Below, one piece after another: positions 59,794-64,000 of a stretch of 64,000 nt of DNA. The notes under the pieces are model-generated. The model made no database searches and was not told the DNA's origin. It worked only from the letters and a program-made list of their open reading frames with translations. This DNA is from Myxococcota bacterium. GTDB lineage: Bacteria; Myxococcota_A; UBA9160; PR03. The DNA is taken from the NCBI GenBank assembly GCA_041611735.1, contig JBFIML010000014.1, positions 1-64,000 of the forward strand, read 5' to 3'. Position 1 is the first letter of the stretch; each line of letters begins with the position of its first letter. The position numbers and the translations under genes are program-made.

Positions 59794-61145
59794 TCCCGGC
59801 AGCGCGCCTCGCCCTCGGTCTGGCGCTAACCCTGACGCTGCTGGCGGGTGGGGTCGCGCAGGCGGAGCCCCTGCGTGTCTCCGGGGGCCAGGGTCGCCCC
59901 CTCACGATCGTCTTGCGCGAGGTCCCGCTCTCCGAGGTGTTCCAGATGCTCTCCCGGAGCGAGCACGTGAACATCCTGCTGGGCGCCGGGGTCACCGGCA
60001 GCGTCTCCGTAAACCTCTACGAGGTGAGCCTCGACCACGCCATCCGCTCGGTGGCGGAGGCGGCCGGCTTCGTGGCCGAACGCCGGCGTGGCAGCTACAT
60101 GATCCTGAAGCGCGAAGACGCCGGTCGCGACTCCGCAGACGGCAACACCGCCATCCGCACCTTCAAGGTCCAGTACTCGGACCCCAAGGCCGCGTCCGAT
60201 ATCGTGAGCAAGCACCTCTCCCGCTTCGGGGACATCACGGTGATGGGAGACCGCCGACTGCTGGTGGTGGAGGACCAGCCGGACTTCCTGGAACGGGTGG
60301 AGAGGCTGCTGGAGGAGATCGACCAGGAGCCGCGGCAGATCCTGATCGACGCTCGCATCCTGGAGATCACCCTGGACGAAGCCGAGACCTGGGGCATCGA
60401 CTGGAGCAAGGCCTTCACCCTGGACGACGGCGGTGGGAGCTTCGGCGTGAAGGGGCTCGCCTCCAAGACCGCGCCCGGCTTCTTCGCGGACGTGGTGAAC
60501 TCGAACATCGAGGTGACCCTGGACGCCCTGGACGAGCTCGGCCGGGTCCGCACGCTGTCCACGCCGCGGCTTCTCGCCCTCGAGCATCAGGAGGCGGAGG
60601 TGGTAATCGGCGACCGGCTCGGATTCCGGGTCACCACCACCATCAACGAGGTGACCACGGAGAGCGTCGAGTTCCTGGAGTCCGGCGTGATCCTCAAGTT
60701 CACGGCCTCGGTGGACCGGAAGGGGCGCATCGTGCTGGACGTCCACCCGGAGGTGAGCACGGGAACCATCAACGACGGCTTGCCCTCCCAGACCACCACC
60801 GAGGTCACGACCCGCCTCATCACCGAGGACGGCGAAAAGGTCTTCATCGGGGGCCTGATCAAGGACCGCTCCACGCACAATCGAAACGGTGTGCCCTACC
60901 TGATGGACATCCCGGTCCTCGGCTGGCTCTTCACGCGGCGCGAGAAGATCGACGTGATGACCGAGACGGTCGTCCTGATCACGGCCCATCTCGCCAGCGG
61001 GCGCACCCGGGAGTTCACGCGCCAGCCGGCGGAACGGACCGAGAAGGTGGGCGACGGCCTGCAGGCCGACCGCGACCGGCTCGAAGAGTACTTCGACACC
61101 CACGAGCCGTTGCGGCCCGAAAAGCCCGCCGCCCCGGCACCCTGA
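59790..61145 (+). CDS. Secretin (PilQ/GspD family)
   Basis: QILIDARILE, LSTPRL, ESGVIL, IGGLI and GVPYLMDIPVLGWLF motifs. Confidence 0.93.
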   Translation: MIPAARLALGLALTLTLLAGGVAQAEPLRVSGGQGRPLTIVLREVPLSEVFQMLSRSEHVNILLGAGVTGSVSVNLYEVSLDHAIRSVAEAAGFVAERRRGSYMILKREDAGRDSADGNTAIRTFKVQYSDPKAASDIVSKHLSRFGDITVMGDRRLLVVEDQPDFLERVERLLEEIDQEPRQILIDARILEITLDEAETWGIDWSKAFTLDDGGGSFGVKGLASKTAPGFFADVVNSNIEVTLDALDELGRVRTLSTPRLLALEHQEAEVVIGDRLGFRVTTTINEVTTESVEFLESGVILKFTASVDRKGRIVLDVHPEVSTGTINDGLPSQTTTEVTTRLITEDGEKVFIGGLIKDRSTHNRNGVPYLMDIPVLGWLFTRREKIDVMTETVVLITAHLASGRTREFTRQPAERTEKVGDGLQADRDRLEEYFDTHEPLRPEKPAAPAP

Positions 61146-61265
61146 CAAGCCCGCCACCGACGCGGGCTTCCGGAGCCCGGTTGCGCACGGGCTGCCACAC
61201 GGCGCGCGCCCGAGCCTGCCACGCGGGCGGCGTGTTCCGCCACCTCCCCCTTCGGAGGTGGCGCC

Positions 61266-61550
61266 ATGCCCTTCGCAGTCCGAGCGCTCCTGCTGGCCGG
61301 CAGCCTGCTCATGCTCGCCGGGCCCGCCGGCGCCGGCGTGCCGAGGGCCTGCGTCCACCCGCAGGCCGACCGCCTGCGCTGCGCCATGGAGACGCGCCGG
61401 GAGCACCTCGACCTGCTGCCCACGCAGCGCCTTCGCGAGCTGCGCCAGCAGTTCGAGCGGCTGGCAGCCGAGGCGCCCCTGCAGGACCTGGAGCGCAACC
61501 TCCTGCTCGAGGACATCCGGGAGATCCTGCTGCACCGGCCGGTCCGCTAG
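61266..61550 (+). CDS. Small secreted hypothetical protein
   Basis: GGAGG ribosome-binding site, signal-like N-terminus, two Cys. Confidence 0.5.
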   Translation: MPFAVRALLLAGSLLMLAGPAGAGVPRACVHPQADRLRCAMETRREHLDLLPTQRLRELRQQFERLAAEAPLQDLERNLLLEDIREILLHRPVR

Positions 61551-61565
61551 CGTCCGGTCCGCCCG

Positions 61566-63551
61566 TCACGGCATCACGTACTCGAGCACGAGCTCGGGGC
61601 GCCAGGCGCTGGTGCCGTGCTCGCGGCTGGCGGGCTCGAAGAGGTTGTTCTTGCGACTGGTGGGGGTGGGCTTCAGCAGGAGGCCGTGGTTCGGGGTAAC
61701 CCCGTCGCGCCAGGCGTGGACCAGGCCGGGCGGGATCGACCACGTCACCCAGCCCGTCGTGCCCGTCGGCACCGTGGTCTCGGACAGGACCGTCGGCTCG
61801 TGGGCGCCACCGCCCAGGCTCGACCAGGTGCCGGTCTCGTTCCAGGCCACCAGCACCCGGTGCATGCTGGCGTCGGTGTTCTTGCTCCCGAAGCTCCCCA
61901 CCACGTGGGTCCGCAGCGTCGCCTTCGTGACCGTAGCCGTGGCCGGGAGACCCGAGACGTCGAACCGCAGCAGGGAGCGGTAGTGCTTCTCTCCCGCGTC
62001 GAGACCGACCCGCAGGCGGGAGTCGCTCCCGTAGTTGGCGGAAGGATCGTTCTCGTGGATTCGAGTATCGGCAGTGGGCGCGAGCACCAGGGTCGCGGGA
62101 AGGGGGGCCACCGCCTGGCGATCGATCTGCACGTCGTCCACCCACACCTCGTCGATGCTCGAGCCGCTCGTGGTGAGGCCCACGGCGACGAAGCGGATCG
62201 CGCTGGCCACGGAGGCCCAGGCGCTGATGTCGTACTCGACGCTCTGATAGGCCGGCAGCGTACCGACCCCCTGGATGCGCCCGACCTCGGTCCAGGCGCC
62301 GCCCCCCGGGTCCCAGACCTGCACGCTCACGTGCTCGTCGCCGTCGAACTCCACGTGGCGGTAGACGAAGCTGAGACGCGCCGTATCGAAGCCCGATAGA
62401 TCCGCCGCGCGCTGGATCGACTTGTTGTCGCCCCGGAGCAGGAGGCGGTTGCCGCCCAGGTCGTTCTCGATCCGCAGGGCCCCGCTGCAGGAGTCCGTGG
62501 TCTCTTCCACCTCCTGCCAGGGCTGGCCGCTCCAATCGAGGGGGCCGTCGCTGCCCGCGTAGTCCACCGCCGGATCGCAGACCCGCTGCCGGAACTCGTC
62601 CCGGTAGTAGCCGCTCACGCAGCTCACGCCGCAGGGGCAGCTGTAGGTGACGGTGAGCTTGGGATGCAGCGCCGCCGCCGGGGCTTCGTTGGTGGTGAAG
62701 TCCGCGTGGTTCAGGCCGAGGCTGGCCTTCAGCATCATCCCGTAGTTGGAGACCGTCCCGGCCAGCCAGGCCGCCACGAGGGGCGTGACGTCCCACTGTC
62801 GCCATCCCGGAGCCAGGTGATCCACCGGGGCGCTCGCCACGGCCTCGGAACGGTGGTCACCCCCCGGCGTGCTCCAGGACGCGCCGGTCTCACGCAGCAG
62901 CCAGGTCGCCTGATGCTGCGCCCAGGCGCGGGTGACCCGGTGAACGAAGATCTGGCCGCTGTTGGCGGAGCCGATGCCCTCCAGGTTGAGCTCGAGGACG
63001 GCGGACGAGACGGCCGCTGCGGCGGGGATCGTCCCGAGGCCGAAGCGGAGCAGGGCGTGGTCCTTGGCGTTGGTCTTGTTGCTGACCCGAACGCGCATCT
63101 CGGAGCCGAAGTTCGTGAACGTCTGGCCGTCGTCCAGGTAGGTGGCCCGGCCCTCGCCGGGGCCCGGCTGCAGCACCGCGATCACCGGCGTGGCCGCCAC
63201 CGCCACCTGACGGGTCACGGTGCGGGTGACCCCGCTGGCCAGCGCGCCCGTGGCGGCGATGGCCATGCGGGCGGGGCCCACGGGAGTGAAGATTGCACTG
63301 TACCCATGGGGGCCGAAGGGCGTGGGCGGGAGGCCCGGCGTCCCGCCGCAGCCCGTCTGCTTGAGGCGCCAGCGGGCGTGGTGGTAGCCAGCCTCCGCCA
63401 CGTAGCGGGCCACCTCCGCCTCCCGGTCGCCGGCGGCCATGCGCGCCTCGAGGGCGCCCTGCCGGGAGAGCAGCCAGGCCAGGGCCGCCACCGTGGCCAC
63501 GGCCAGCACCACCGGCAGCAGCAGGAGGCCGCCCTGGGAGCGCCTCCTCAC
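61566..63551 (-). CDS. PilX-like N-terminal protein with two DNRLRE-like domains
   Basis: SQGG|LLLL pilin-like leader without Glu5, YVAEAG; two modules with N[FY]GS...LLRF...HRV...W...N[YH]G...P.L...Y. Confidence 0.75.
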   Translation of the reverse strand: MRRRSQGGLLLLPVVLAVATVAALAWLLSRQGALEARMAAGDREAEVARYVAEAGYHHARWRLKQTGCGGTPGLPPTPFGPHGYSAIFTPVGPARMAIAATGALASGVTRTVTRQVAVAATPVIAVLQPGPGEGRATYLDDGQTFTNFGSEMRVRVSNKTNAKDHALLRFGLGTIPAAAAVSSAVLELNLEGIGSANSGQIFVHRVTRAWAQHQATWLLRETGASWSTPGGDHRSEAVASAPVDHLAPGWRQWDVTPLVAAWLAGTVSNYGMMLKASLGLNHADFTTNEAPAAALHPKLTVTYSCPCGVSCVSGYYRDEFRQRVCDPAVDYAGSDGPLDWSGQPWQEVEETTDSCSGALRIENDLGGNRLLLRGDNKSIQRAADLSGFDTARLSFVYRHVEFDGDEHVSVQVWDPGGGAWTEVGRIQGVGTLPAYQSVEYDISAWASVASAIRFVAVGLTTSGSSIDEVWVDDVQIDRQAVAPLPATLVLAPTADTRIHENDPSANYGSDSRLRVGLDAGEKHYRSLLRFDVSGLPATATVTKATLRTHVVGSFGSKNTDASMHRVLVAWNETGTWSSLGGGAHEPTVLSETTVPTGTTGWVTWSIPPGLVHAWRDGVTPNHGLLLKPTPTSRKNNLFEPASREHGTSAWRPELVLEYVMP

Positions 63552-64000
63552 AGGGCGCCTCCCACCCGCACCCGACGCACGAGGCGAAGGAGGCGACCGT
63601 CCGCGTCGGGAAGCTCCAGGACGAGCTCCACCAGCACAGCCCGATCGCTGACGTTGGAAGGCAGGCGGCGGGCCTCGAAGCGGGTTAGCCCCGCGGCGAT
63701 GGGCTGCTCGGTGAACTGGAGGCCGTTCGCCGCGTGGGGCACGGGGATGCGTTCCAGGAGGAGGTCGCCCTGCCTGCGGAAGAGCACCACCTCGAAGCCG
63801 TCCTCGTCCTTGGTGCCGCGCTGGTCCTCGTCCTCGTCGTCGTCCTCCTTGCTGCTCTCGTCCACCAGCCCGTCGCCGTCGTCGTCGATCCCGGCGATGC
63901 CCGCCGCACCGTCGGCGTTCAGATCCGCGCCCAGGTCCTCGTCGATGGACGCGTCGCCGTCGTCGTCCGCGCCGTCCAGGGCCTCCTCGTCCTTGGTGCC
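63548..64000 (-). CDS. Partial protein (5' end outside the window) with acidic DDDGD repeats; probable pilus accessory protein
   Basis: Frame is open to the window edge: GTKDEEALDGADDDGDASIDED...GIDDDGDGLVDE...; stop overlaps the PilX-like start. Confidence 0.65.
   Translation of the reverse strand, partial: GTKDEEALDGADDDGDASIDEDLGADLNADGAAGIAGIDDDGDGLVDESSKEDDDEDEDQRGTKDEDGFEVVLFRRQGDLLLERIPVPHAANGLQFTEQPIAAGLTRFEARRLPSNVSDRAVLVELVLELPDADGRLLRLVRRVRVGGAL

Overview
Very GC-rich bacterial chromosomal window; the gene content suggests Myxococcota/deltaproteobacteria (inference). 1-41 kb is mostly core genome: tRNA-Thr/Tyr/Leu/Cys, rlmB, pyrF, a GH15 plus sugar ABC locus, crcB, complex I Q-module genes (nuoB, I, C, D) interleaved with lpdA-E2-lipB-lipA, hem genes, an acyl-CoA dehydrogenase pair, ispH, clpS-clpA and Mg/K transport genes. 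41-48 kb holds an ECF sigma/anti-sigma pair and several secreted proteins. Two of these are unrelated (a trypsin-like protease and a CAP-domain protein) yet share Cys/Asp-rich repeats and a near-identical C-terminal tail, CGLGFELALLLPPL plus an Arg cluster. This is a candidate protein-sorting signal that I cannot match to a named class, and an ICMT-family methyltransferase gene lies between the two. 48-64 kb, after tRNA-Gly, is a type IV pilus/T2SS-like cluster with its own signalling genes: histidine kinase, receiver, HD-GYP, a STAS-MshEN-PilB fusion, PilC, pilin, GGDEF, PilMNOPQ and a convergent PilX-like protein with two DNRLRE-like domains. A sigma28-like motif (TCAAG-N15-NYCGA) recurs upstream of five genes. 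No integrase, transposase, CRISPR array or rRNA was seen. All calls come from manual motif recognition; no database search was run.
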